Of a stretch of 64,000 bases of DNA, positions 1 to 11,744 are shown piece after piece. How positions within the stretch are numbered: the first letter of the stretch is position 1; the number at the start of each line of letters is the position of its first letter. The notes beneath the pieces were generated by a model. It was not told where the DNA came from, made no database searches, and worked only from the letters and a program-made list of their open reading frames with translations. Both the position numbers and the translations under genes were made by a program. This DNA comes from Paraphysomonas bandaiensis (Eukaryota > Protista > Chrysophyceae), in the NCBI GenBank assembly GCA_965644295.1, contig CBFFRP010000127.1, positions 62,001 to 126,000 of the forward strand, in the 5' to 3' direction.

Positions 1-1226
1 AGGCCACTCCTTGGAAATCTAGCACGAATGAAAGACTCGTCCAATGACTTCCTTGGGTAAGTCACACGTAATGTAATTAATTATAACAATAATAGTTTAT
101 TGTGAACTGCCATAATTTTTCCCCATTTTTTAGTGTATAATAAAAATCGTCAGTGCTAGTCGACAACAAAATGGCTCCAAGTTCATTGAACGAGATGCAT
201 TTTTATTTGATAATGATACCTACACTACATGTACATCGTTAAAATGCAATGAAATAGAACTTTTCTATTGTGTCCTCCAGCTTTTTTATATCGTTTTCAA
301 GATAGATTAGGGTTTTGTAACCAATGGCAGATAAAATTTGATCAAAGCAGGGTTATTTTTATCCATCAAGTCTTTTCAATCGATTGCAGAGGGTACCCAT
401 TATATGACTCTTATTTCTAATATGCATGTGAGGGGGTATGTAGCACTATTAATAGTCACCATCTCATACATACGTGAACACGCATCACTTCAGTTGAGGG
501 GTTGAAGAGAACATGACGGTCACGTAGATTTATCGGCTTCTGTCTTGAAATCATCTCATTTCATAGCACTATTGAGAGCACTGCAAGAGAACAGTGAGTG
601 TCGACCGCATCTCATAAGGGCTTTTCACTGGGTCTGAAGTTGCAACCTCCGCCTTAAACAAGTGTGAGTTGAAGGAATGGAACAGCAAGAGCTTCCACAG
701 CTCACACGGCGGATGTACACACACACATAGTGAGCACGAGCAACATAATAATAGTCATGTAATCTTATTTATGCAGTGATACGAATTATCTCAACCTGCC
801 TTTACTACGTATAAGTGTCCACGTCTTGCGTCCATGTATGTCCATGTCACGCACAGAGCAGACGTCACTCCATGGTGTACTATTTTATTGGCTGAGAGTG
901 GATACGAAGTCATTTCTATAAAATTCTCCGATTTTTAGACTTAAATTGTACAGAGTATGGTATCACACACATCATAAAAACAGGTTATTTGGAAGACCAT
1001 TTCCCCGATTTGCGTAGAAATCTAAGAATTTTGTGCGAGTTAGTGTGTATGCCGTATGTACGGTATCTTGTGATGCGTATATGTACAGAGATGTACGATG
1101 CAAAGATGTCAGCAGGCTGAGAGTGAATATCTAGACTAGTATGATGGGGAAGGGAAGAGCAGTTGGACATATTTCACCATCAACCCTATATAAAATCATC
1201 CATAATATGGTTCTTAATCAATTAAC

Positions 1227-2252
1227 ATGCTAACTGACTCGCCGCTCTCGCCTAGCTGTCAATCACCAAGAAGGAACTGCGTGTATCCGTGTTCCCAGTC
1301 ATCTGATTCATTTGAATCTGAATTTGGTGCTGTTGTCACTGATAGTAACAAAGACAAATACGTCACTAAACTAGAATCATTTGATGATATCTCTGAAAAC
1401 TCTGAAGCAGTTCCGACTGCTACTGTAAAAGCAACAGACCCTAATGCTGAAATGGTTGCTCTGCTGCAACAAATGAAGATTTTGATACAAACCAGTATTG
1501 ACAATATGAATCCTGCCGATTCAGCGCGTGTTGACACAAAAGGGACTACTCCGGTTCGTGATCAGCCCGACGTGGCGCCAAGATGTTCATCTTTGCTATA
1601 TCGACTCCGAAATAGCACAATCTGGTCATATTGGTGGTGTGGTCAGGATATTGACAGCGTAGAAGTCGACAAGCTGATTCATATTTTCTTACTGGTAGGA
1701 TCACTGACCTTTATGATTTATTGTTGATTTTTCTTTCATTGACACATTCCTTACTCATTTTCTAACACACAAAACGTTATGTAAATGCAGGTAAATGTCA
1801 TCGTTATTATCGTACCATTTGAGTCCATTTTCAATTACAACTTTGAATTCTGGAGCGAAGTGGATGATTTGAGTCAAAATTGCGACAGAGAAGACAGATC
1901 ACGATATGTGGATGTCATGTCAGATATTCGTCGCGACTTTCTTACCATAATGGTTGGCTCTGTGCTGGCAACATCTATTTGTGTGATATACTTCATTCTC
2001 CGTCCAATAAAAAGAAAAGGCGACGAGTTTGTTCAATGGTGGATTCGTGGCGGCCGATACCCTATCTTTGTTTGCGCTGTGTGCACGCTTCTATCTCTTG
2101 ATACACTTGTGCGGTTTATGGCTCACATATTTCGAAACTACATGTTGCGCCCCGAAGACTTTTGCGATCAGCCTAATGGTGTGCACACTCGCTTAGGATA
2201 TGGCGTCTTTATATTTACACTTCTGCTATCTGCAGTCTTCATGACCATATAG
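1227..2252 (+). CDS. Hypothetical membrane protein (disordered N-terminus, about 4 TM segments), 2 exons
   Basis: ORFs 1227-1727 and 1785-2252 join in phase 0 through a GT-AG intron 1695-1790 (...IFLL|VNVIVIIVPF...). Hydrophobic segments lie in the C-terminal half. Confidence 0.65.
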
Positions 2253-2631
2253 AAATATTAAATCATATGGTTGATGGCAAGTGATATATCATATGTCATA
2301 TTATTTTTCATTTGTAATATGACAGCAGGTAATAAAATTTGATAATTTGGTTCAGTCTATGTATATAGTAATCAGTGCAAGTAATAGTACTGCAAAATCA
2401 AGAATTGCACGATAGTATAACAATTCGTCGTTGCCTACATTCATTCGATTAAGTCTATATATGTATGCAGTATTTAGTTAATGTAGCAATACTGCTAATC
2501 AAGTATTTTACAATAGCACTACAAGTCGTCCTGTCCCAATTCTGGCGACCTTGAGCATCCATTTTATATTATTACCAATTTCTACTATATTATTGAAATA
2601 TTTTGCTCAAATCGCAGTCATGACTCGTAGT

Positions 2632-3122
2632 GAATGTCTTATTAATAACAATAATACAATAATATGCGTGTAAGAGTGCTTAATTCTTAACCCTGATATC
2701 CTACTATTAAACACTTTGAAAGCTGCTTGTGCGTCCTACCAAGCACCAAGGTGCAGCCACTTTCGCTCTGACACTCAAATCGAACGCAGTTAGCGAGCAG
2801 AATGTTAATTAATCTACCTGACATTGTCTGACTTCAGGACTCTTGAGTCCTCAAAGTATACAGCCCGGAGGCTTGAATTCAGCAGGCAGCCCAATACCCC
2901 GAATGTGCTTGAGGTGGGTCTGTGTATTTGTCAAGGCCGAAAGAGGTCTACACAGGTGAATCTTAGTTGTGTCCTTTGTACCACACAAGCATTTGGCTAT
3001 GAGTGGGAAGAATGTTATCTGTCTACTATATATAATGGCTCACATTAGTTTCCCGGAAATATTTCTCCGGGACTTATCCTCCAGAACATCACGCAAAGGT
3101 GCGAGCTCAACTTCGTTGAGGG
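2632..3122 (-). mobile_element. RIME/SIDER-like short retroposon, copy 1 (near full length, tail type A)
   Basis: Aligns by eye with the copies at 5941, 20698, 28344, 41116, 52712 and 53531 (core GCTGCTTGTGCGTC..CAAGCACCAAGGTGC, and GCAGGCAGCCCAATAC). Shares the 3' end ...AATAAGACATTC and the 5' start CCCTCAACGAAG. Confidence 0.85.
3037..3122 (-). ncRNA. HDV-like ribozyme-like motif (Ingi Pr77-type) at the retroposon 5' end
   Basis: Order on the minus strand: CCCTCAAC..P2 GCTCGC, P3 ACC, L3 TTTGCGT, GAT, P1' GTTCTGG, TAAGT, P4 CCCGGAGA-AATA-TTTCCGGG, J4/2 AAACTAA, P2' GTGAGC. P1 and P3 are imperfect. Confidence 0.6.
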
Positions 3123-3778
3123 GCCGTTATAACTTAACTTTCCGATACTAAGGTATCCTAATATACCTGTTTGCTTCAACAATGATAATATGAGCGTATT
3201 TGCAATGTTCAGTCATGAACAATATACCATTACCACCTATTATTGTTCATTATTGAACTGGAAGGATACACATCCATATCTTGTCCTCATGTCCTAATAT
3301 CTTGGATATATTTTGGATGCATATTTTGGATATTTGCATATGTGCATTTTGCTTGTGGAGCAGATGATGAAGAAACTCTAAGCTAAACCAATCTAGAAAA
3401 CGATGTTTTTGAGGTGACTTGATTTCGAAAAGTGGCGATATCTAGATAATCCAGTACGACAGGAATACTGTATTATGCTGATACAGTGGTGTATATGTCA
3501 GAAAGTTCGTAGAAGTGCGTAGGCTAATTCTCACTGTATGCTATATACTGCAGTGCAGTGGTGTGAATACAGGCAGTCTCTATAGATATGAAGAAGAGAG
3601 AAGTAACTTTCGTCATGATTCTGCGATATATCTTGGAGGGTTCCTGTGGGAAGATACGGCATACAGCATACATCACAATACGAATACATCCATCTGATCT
3701 CATCGACACTCATATACATACACACACATATACAACTCATCTCAGTCACTTTACTCTATAAGCAACCAAACAACAGTC

Positions 3779-5733
3779 ATGGGTAACACACAACCTAGTA
3801 ACTCTTCTCAGTCCTGTGGGATTTGTACGACCTCTACAGCTAATACGACATGTATAACTCTAGCGTGCTGTGGTGCTATCTATCACCAGAAGTGTCTCAA
3901 GGCTCTCGTATCATCTGGAGCTACAAACTGCCCTTCCTGTGCTTCTCCTCTTCCATCTGATAGTGGTATTAGTATACCAGCCCCTCCTGCTCCTGCTCCA
4001 GCTCTACGACCTCCACCAGTCCCAACAACCCCGATAGTGTCCATAGCATCCATGCCTGAGGAACCTGTAGAACGATGGGTTCCACCACCTACAGATGAAG
4101 CTATTGCAGCACTCTCAAATGCGACTATTGTAATTGAAGCAATTCCTGAGCTGTGAGTAACTTTGCGTGTAAGAAATTGGTTTAATCTATCTCGTGTAGA
4201 CCTCAAGCCTCCCTCGATATGCAAAATAATTTTCATACTGTGGTAAGTCTTACCACAGAAGAGTCATCTACAGGAGCTTGTAATATGAATGAGACTTCCG
4301 CGGCTTCTCACTCTAGACCTCCTATGGATGTAATATGTGTCCTTGACACGAGCGGTTCTATGAGTTCATGCAATAAACTTGTAAATCTGAAACATGCCGG
4401 TACTTCATGTCATTCGTATATGTTTTTTTCTAATCTCATATACTCTTGATCTTTTAGTGGACTATGTGCGCAGCGAGTTGACAGATAAAGATCGAATGGC
4501 GGTGATCAACTTTGAAAATTCCGCGACCCTTGTCCATGACCTGTTACTGATGAACGATAGTAACAAGCAAACCACGACTGCTGTATGTTCCCAATTGCGA
4601 CCCGGGGGTGGTACAAGCATTGTGTCGGGTCTAGACGCAGCATACAACATGATATCCACAAGGGCCACAAGCAACCCTATTACCAGTGTGTTTCTTTTAA
4701 CGGACGGAATTGACTCCTCTCACATGGCCAGAAAGAAGGTAAATGAATGTCGCACATATTGGGATAAATTGCTTATTTTGTGAAAAGACCGTCTCTCGTC
4801 GTATTAAGGAGGCCGGGTGCTCGCTCTTTGTCTTCGGATTTGGCAATGACCATGACAGTGCTCACCTTCAGGTATATTGCTCTGCTTCCTCTGACTTTGA
4901 CAGAGCCACTTAATTTCACTCTTCAGGCGATCGCAGATGCTGGTGACGGCACTTTTACCTATATAGAACAGTCTGACATGGTAGTTGACGCTTTCGGAGG
5001 TGCCCTTGGAGCTGAACAGAGTATATTTGCTACCGAGGTGTGTCTACGTATTCAGACTATGGGAGGAACAACAATCACTACAGCAGAGACTGGTAGTTAT
5101 AGACACAATATAAGTTCAGATCGGCATAGCATGGATATATATCTGAGCAGAATGATGATTGGGGAAGAGCGCGACATGCTATTGACCCTGAGTATACCAG
5201 CCTGTGAATCCCCAGTGGAAAGATTCCCTATATTATGCACAAGTGCATCTTATATTTCAGTGGGTACTACTGAGACGAAAAGAGTGAGTGGCTCTGAATG
5301 CCACATTAGTAGGGTACACAAAAACGATCTTAACGCCAACGCTGTTCGTGACGAAAGGGTTGAAGTACAGTGTAATCGAATGGTTCTTCTGCGCGCGACA
5401 CGGGGATCATTGGAGGCAGCCGACAGAAATGACTATTCGGAAGCACGAAGGACTGTGGAAGAAGCACTGCGTACAGTGAAATCTTCACATTCTACTCAAG
5501 CAGGAAACCCTAAGTGTGCTGCTTTTGTTGCTGAACTAAACTCCACTCTCGAAAGTGTCTCGAATCGTGAAATATACACAACCCGCGGCGGGCGACATAA
5601 TCTAGCGGAGCAAACTCAGACCTTTTCGAAACAGAAACTGTGTTATGCAAAGGCTGGAAGGGCAAATTTGTACCAAAGCAAAGTTTCTGCGTCTAAACAG
5701 TCTGAGGCATCTGCATCAAAGAGAAAGTACTAA
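3779..5733 (+). CDS. RING finger + vWA (+Vwaint-like) domain protein, WAV3/EDA40-like E3 ligase architecture
   Basis: CGIC..CCGAIYHQKC..CPSC RING, proline-rich linker, vWA motifs DVICVLDTSGSM, GGGT and VFLLTDG. Four short introns join the ORFs at 3779, 4219, 4394 and 4780. Confidence 0.85.
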
Positions 5734-5940
5734 TTAAGATTTTGAAAAATTGTGTTCAAAGAGTATTTTAATTTAGGAGTCATATCTTATATCGAAAAGT
5801 TGTAATAAGTCGGTGCTTTTACCTTTCTTCTCTAGTATACAACTTTATTCCCACAATTATTTTCCCATTCTTTCATTCAACTTACTTCAAGTCTTCAAGT
5901 GTACTACTCTTAATTCTGAATGCTATAGAGTAGAAGTAAA

Positions 5941-6449
5941 TATGATATTATTAGCAATAATAGGCGTGTAAGAGTCAGAAGTAATGTAGCAAAACAATAT
6001 CAACTAACTTGTGGTTAACTCTAATATCCTAATATTTAAGAACGCTACAAAAGCTGCTTGTGCGTCCTACCAAGCACCAAGGTGCAGCCACTTTCGCTCT
6101 GACACTCAAATCAAACGCAGTGAACAAGCAGAATGTTAATTAATCTACCTGACATGTGCTGACTTTAGGATTCTTGAGTCCTTAAGGTGAACAGCCAGGA
6201 TGCTTGAATTCACAGCAGGCAGCCCAATACGCGGATGCCCTTGTGGTGTGGGCCCATTTCCGGCTGCCTGTTTATTTGTCAAGGCCCAAAGATATCTGCA
6301 CAAGTGAATGTCATTAGTGTCCCTCGTACCACCAAGTAGTAGGCTATGCGTAGGAAAAACAATATCTGCTTACTATATAAATGTGGCTCACATAAATTCC
6401 CCGGAGAAATAACTCCGGTACTTAGGCCCTTGGCACCACAAAAAGGAGC
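5941..6449 (-). mobile_element. RIME/SIDER-like short retroposon, copy 2 (tail type A)
   Basis: Nearly identical to copy 1 over 6051-6150. The 5' part reads GTGGTGCCAAGGGCCTAAGTACCGGAG-TTATTT-CTCCGGGGAATTTATGTGAGCC on the minus strand. Confidence 0.85.
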
Positions 6450-6499
6450 AATATATAGCAATTCTCTTGATAGATAGAGTTTTAACAATGTAAATGTTA

Positions 6500-6870
6500 G
6501 GCCCCGTTCGGTTCATCCAATGGATTTTGGTGCTGGATTTTCATTTACTGGATATTTGAAAAATTCCACTGGCTGAAAAATACTGTATTTGGGTAATCCA
6601 GCAAACAGATATATAGCACATCTTACAGAACGATTGTCACATCCGGTATACGTGTATTTAACGCATATACTGTATGTGTAAGCTGTGTAATCATGATTCA
6701 AAAATCTAGCGCTTCTCAAAAACCCAGTGAATAGTCTTTCGACTCAAAACTAATTTCGCTGGATTTTTTCCAGCAACTGAGCATATTTTGCTTTTTTACG
6801 TTCGGTACGATTTTCCAAATTCCAGTGGATGGACAAAATCCAGCACTTTTTAGGTCTACCGAACGCACCC
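6500..6870. mobile_element. PIF/Harbinger (Tourist)-like MITE, 371 bp
   Basis: Terminal inverted repeats GGCCCCGTTCGGT / ACCGAACGCACCC, flanks TTA and CTA, and repeated subterminal GCTGGATTTT/AAAATCCAGC motifs. No coding capacity. Confidence 0.7.
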
Positions 6871-7038
6871 CTACATATACTGATTGCAATATATTGTGAG
6901 CTACTAGCTGAACAGTAATAATTTTGATGCAACTATTATACAGTTATTTTCATACGCAACTATTGAAAAACGAAGTATAAAGAACATAGTATAGTCAATG
7001 AAAGTATATTAATGTATAAGAAATAAAAAAAAGTTCTG

Positions 7039-9519
7039 CTACATGCAAAAACACTGGCTCTGTTTAATTGGTATAGTTGAAGGAGGATCGACAAAAGGGT
7101 TACTATTTCGTAACGATTTCTGCTGCTGGTTGTTGGGGGTGTCCGGCATTATCTCCACATCTCTGTCTTGATTCACATCATCTTCAACAGATGCCTCTTT
7201 GATAGACTTAGTTGATGGTACTCGGCTGTTCTCCGGCTTACAAATTTCTGGGGACTGGGACACAGTAGTGCGAAGTTCAGATATAGTTGAGCGGGTATTA
7301 TACGACACATCTCGAAGGGTGAGTGCATTGCTGCTTGGAGAATCTGTTGATCGTTCTTCTTCTTCATCATCTGTTGTGTGACCGCTCACTGTATCTAGTA
7401 CAGTCAATGTCAGCGCATTGCAAGTCACAACATTATCACAGGAATTTCTGGTCTCTGGAGAAGCGCCACACACTTTATCCTCAACATCATCAGGCTCTAC
7501 TGAAGTTAATATTTGGGCCTCATCGCGAGTACATACAGTCTGAGTTACATCGCCTTCCACTCCAGCTTCAGGCGTATTCAGGATATCGTTCTCGTCTCCA
7601 GTGACATCTATCACATTCTTGCTCTGATCATCATTTGGTGCGCTATTGCCTGTTTCACACAAGTCAACATTTGTATGTTCTCCATTTTGTACAATATCCA
7701 CTGTTTCCGCTTCAACTTTGCCGGACAGACCTCCTATCACATTCTTGTCCTGGTCATTATCTGGTGCACTCTTACCAGTTTCACACAAGTCAACATTTGC
7801 TTGTTCTCCATTTTGTAGAGCATCGACAGTTTCCGCTTCAACTTTTCCGGAAAGAACTTCACAGACACCCACAGAATCACAATCGTTTCCTAAGCTTTTA
7901 ACTACGGGACGGCTATGTGTAGAACCCGATATTGGGGAGACATCACTGTTTGCGCCAGCATAAGATGATGTGACAGATTCATCTCGGTCGGAATTAAGAA
8001 AAGAATCAGATGAGGTGACGACTTGTTCAGGTTTAACCGGGGATGGGCATTCAGGTGCAGTAGCGAGAGACCATTTACTAGTCTCCCCATCTGACACTTT
8101 GCGGTAGAAACTGCCCTGTCTTGTTTTTGTCAAAGGGGACAAATCTGGGACAGAGTTATGTTTGGTGAAAGATGCACGCCGCTCAGCGACTAGACTTCTC
8201 CTCGGTGATTCCACAGTTGTATGTGCTTTCTCATCACTGCACTTGTCACTTTGGCTAGCTGATGGGGCAGATATCCATGAGTTGTCCGGGCTGTGAAGCT
8301 TATTTGGAGAAGTTGCGCTGGCTGAGCGACTTATTGGTATTATGCGTGGCGGGGCCCTGAAGTCTGTATACGTCGTTGTGCCATTACTACGAATATGAGG
8401 TTTTACATTGTTGCTACTATTATCACTGGAAATTTCGGATTGGGTTGCATCAACCACCTCCGTTTCTACTTTTAAGTCACTGCCGTTAACGCCACTTGAA
8501 ATTCTGTCCGAAGTCCATCGTTCAAACAGCAATTTAAAAACTATTGGCTCTTGAGTGCCATGAATGTGATGAACATTTTTCCCAGAGTTGTGGTATGTTT
8601 TGGAGACGGCGTCTAAAGCTTCTTCTGTCAGTAACACAGCATCTGGCGCCTTGCCAGTCCATACATAAACAACATATCCACACTCCACAATGTAAACCCC
8701 TTTATCAGATAATACACTGGGAGGAAGACGATTACATCGCCCGGAAGAGTCTACATTAAATTTTACCACAGTATCCAGAGTCGAAGAAGGATTATTAGAA
8801 TAGCGGAATACCTCCACCGGACTGTTGGGGACAGGCTCGTTAGTATCTACACACGGCTCAACTTCAGTGGTGGCAGATAATTTATCATCACCCGCCAACA
8901 GCTTCCACAACACCTTCTCATTTATGCCCATGTCGCCAGGTGGTTCAGTTTGGCGAATGAGGACTGGGGGACGAGAACATTTGAGATCCATCCCTGACAT
9001 TACCGGTGCAGCACCCGTTACAATATTTCCATCTTCCTGGTCACAGAGTTTGCCTATCCACATATATAACTGACGCTCCTTGGGGTTATGGATTAAATAT
9101 GCACAATGGATATTTAATTTGTCACCACTAGAGTGCGGAATGTACTGGAGAGACTTCTTGAAGCATCGGTATAGCTGTAATGAACCGCCGACAGTTTTAC
9201 GTATCGAGTTATCACTATGTGTTCCATAAACGGCTTTCTCTTTAGCGATGACCGGTACTGGTATCCGAGAGAGTGAGCGCCCCCCTCCCTCTCTGTCTCC
9301 ACTCCAGTCCCTTCCTCTCTCCCTACATGAAGACGCTCGTCGAAGAGTCATCTGCTGTCCGCGCTGAGATCTGATATGATCCTCTATATAAGGAGCCAAG
9401 TACTCGTCCAATCGTCCCTCTTCTTCAGCGGTCTGCAGGCCCATTGAGTCTGTTTTACGTAACTTGCTTTTCACCACCACCGCCGCCCGCTTCCTCTCAA
9501 ATTCAGAGAACTGATTCAT
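7039..9519 (-). CDS. Gelsolin/villin-repeat protein with long disordered tail and C-terminal CaaX (CFCM)
   Basis: 826-aa ORF with two gelsolin-like segments (LNIHCAYLIH..QLYMWIGK; VYIVECGYVVYVWTGK..EPIVFKLLFERW). Ends in CFCM-stop. Confidence 0.75.
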   Translation of the reverse strand: MNQFSEFERKRAAVVVKSKLRKTDSMGLQTAEEEGRLDEYLAPYIEDHIRSQRGQQMTLRRASSCRERGRDWSGDREGGGRSLSRIPVPVIAKEKAVYGTHSDNSIRKTVGGSLQLYRCFKKSLQYIPHSSGDKLNIHCAYLIHNPKERQLYMWIGKLCDQEDGNIVTGAAPVMSGMDLKCSRPPVLIRQTEPPGDMGINEKVLWKLLAGDDKLSATTEVEPCVDTNEPVPNSPVEVFRYSNNPSSTLDTVVKFNVDSSGRCNRLPPSVLSDKGVYIVECGYVVYVWTGKAPDAVLLTEEALDAVSKTYHNSGKNVHHIHGTQEPIVFKLLFERWTSDRISSGVNGSDLKVETEVVDATQSEISSDNSSNNVKPHIRSNGTTTYTDFRAPPRIIPISRSASATSPNKLHSPDNSWISAPSASQSDKCSDEKAHTTVESPRRSLVAERRASFTKHNSVPDLSPLTKTRQGSFYRKVSDGETSKWSLATAPECPSPVKPEQVVTSSDSFLNSDRDESVTSSYAGANSDVSPISGSTHSRPVVKSLGNDCDSVGVCEVLSGKVEAETVDALQNGEQANVDLCETGKSAPDNDQDKNVIGGLSGKVEAETVDIVQNGEHTNVDLCETGNSAPNDDQSKNVIDVTGDENDILNTPEAGVEGDVTQTVCTRDEAQILTSVEPDDVEDKVCGASPETRNSCDNVVTCNALTLTVLDTVSGHTTDDEEEERSTDSPSSNALTLRDVSYNTRSTISELRTTVSQSPEICKPENSRVPSTKSIKEASVEDDVNQDRDVEIMPDTPNNQQQKSLRNSNPFVDPPSTIPIKQSQCFCM
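7611..7851 (-). repeat. Intragenic tandem duplication, period 126 bp (42 aa)
   Basis: LSGKVEAETVD..QNGE..NVDLCETG.SAP..DQ.KNVI occurs twice. Confidence 0.9.
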
Positions 9520-9944
9520 AGTAGATATAAGAAGCGATCGTTGTGTACAAGGAATGGTGGAGAACCGTTCCCCTGAGGTCTGAAGTGGGGTAAGAATTAT
9601 TCAGGTCTGTAGTATCATAACTGAGCTGAGCTGAGAGGCTGCTCATGTGCGTGGACTGCTGCAGTCTGTACGTGGATGTATGTATAATGTATACGTTATT
9701 ATGTTGTGGGGGGGATGTGCTGAGGAGGGATGGTGTTGATGTTGTATACAGAATAGAATACAGATATGCTGTACAGTATTGTATACGGACACCACGAGCA
9801 GCACCTTGTCAGACCTCCAGTCGTCGTATTCATGTATAGGTATACAATGGTGTACAACGTATTGTGCTTACGACACAACACAGTCTCAGCTCAGTTAAAT
9901 AAGATATGGACATCTTGGATAATTGACACCAGACATTGAATAGC

Positions 9945-11744
9945 ATGGACAAAGGGCAACAAATACTACACAGCGGCGTGTTTCTTAAGCGCAGTAACCT
10001 CACCAAGCAATACATATGGAAACCCCGCGAGTACCAGTTAACGTATGACCAATACTCATTGCAATGTGCAGCTCATTATATGTTACTTATGTAGTGATGC
10101 CGGCGAACTGGTATACAAGAACAGAGTAGGTGAGAGCCGCGTATTTCTCTTTCTCTTTATAAAGTGACTAGTATTTGATGTAAGGTATAAAAGACGAAAG
10201 AAACATCGAAGATGCTATACTGCGCTTCGTGGAGGTATGTTTTATTACACATATTTAATTTCTCACTGCTATATAGGTTGGTGTTGCATCACAGGGAGTA
10301 GTGAAATCTGTCAGAGCACTTGAGATACGAACTGGGAAGTGTAGAGCACTAACTATGTGAGTTGTCTTTCTCGCGTTTGAATTGAGCGACCTGACCGCTT
10401 CCGACATAGAGCTTTTGATGCAGACGACACTGTTGCCAATGCGTCTCAACTACAAACATTGAAAGCCATACTGTTAGCAGTAAGTATAATTCTGTACGAT
10501 TTAGAAGAGATGACGTCTACGATGTGTATGTTCCCGAATTTGATGGTAAATCGCAGCGTTTCGGTTGTCGAGAAGTTTCAAACATGGACCCTCGCACATG
10601 TGAAGACCCACTTTCAGGGGATGAAGAAGACGATGATCGCGAAGAGCATATTGTAGTAGATACATCCTCTAATTCTCAACCTGTGTTGAAGTTTGAGGAG
10701 TCAGCAGAAAGAGACTGGAGCACACTGCTTGCTGGAACCTTCCTTAAACGAAGTAATTCTGACATTTATTTGATTGAATGAATGAAAGCAATATATAAGT
10801 CATCTCTATATGTTTGTCCCGTAACTGTGGAATTACTAACTACCTTATCACTAGGTAATTTCACCAACAAACATATATGGAAGCCGAGATCATTTGAACT
10901 ATGGTATGAATAGGAGTTCTGTACATTCAAAACGTAAAATGTATATGTAGCGCTTCTGGAAGACTATCATACAAGAATAGGCTAGGTGAGGACAGGATAG
11001 AAATGTAATCACGGTGTTAAATATCTATAGGAATAAAAGATGAGAGGAGCATTAAGGATGCAATTCTACACTGTGTAGAGGTTCCGCATTTTTATTCGTT
11101 TTTTTTAGAAATATGATTCCATGTTGCAGGTGAATATAGAATGTAATGGAAGTCTGAAGCCAGTAACAGCCATGGAGATTCGAACTGGCAAGAGAGTACT
11201 AACTATGTGAGTAGAGTGCTGCAGAATTTTTGCTTTTTGACTTCTTCTTCTGCAGTGCATTCGATGCTGACAATGCTGGGTCCAATTTCTTTCAATTGGA
11301 TGGATTGAAAGCTCTTCTGACTGAGGTACTTTTGCAACGTTGTTGTGGGATGATAGATTACTACAAGGCCTTTATATATAAGTATTTTGAGTTCCATTCC
11401 TGCAATATCAACTTTTTGCTTTGCTTAACTATTGTCGTCCCCTATATATCCAGAAATTTGGTGCGGTTGAGGTGTCCACCGAAGGCAGTTGCACTGAAGA
11501 ATATAACTCGGACTATGACGAGTGTGAAGAAGTGTTTGATGCAGAGGTGGATAGTGAGGATAAGTTGTGTACTCCCCGTGACGACATCCATATGTGGAAG
11601 CTGGAGTCTCTTGTAATGCATAAGTACGGACTCGTAAGTGCTGTAATTGTCACAGGTAAGACATATGGCGAACTGTTAATCGATAATCATGAATATATAC
11701 GTTCAGTTGTGGCGCTCATCGTGGGAATTATACTGACAAAATAG
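9945..11744 (+). CDS. Tandem PH-domain protein with C-terminal hydrophobic anchor, about 12 exons
   Basis: Spliced reading gives HSGVFLKRSNLTKQYIWKPREYQLT.DAGELVYK and LAGTFLKRSNFTNKHIWKPRSFEL.ASGRLSYK, 11 GT-AG introns, and the ending SVVALIVGIILTK-stop. Confidence 0.75.

Noticed and set aside
485-565. Possible C/D box snoRNA on the minus strand (ATGATT..CTGA)
   Set aside because: The C box is imperfect, with no terminal stem and no convincing rRNA-complementary guide.
2622-2631. GACTCGTAGT next to copy 1 also occurs in the copy 5 TSD (possible target specificity)
   Set aside because: The relative orientation is opposite, and the TSDs of copies 3 and 8 are unrelated.
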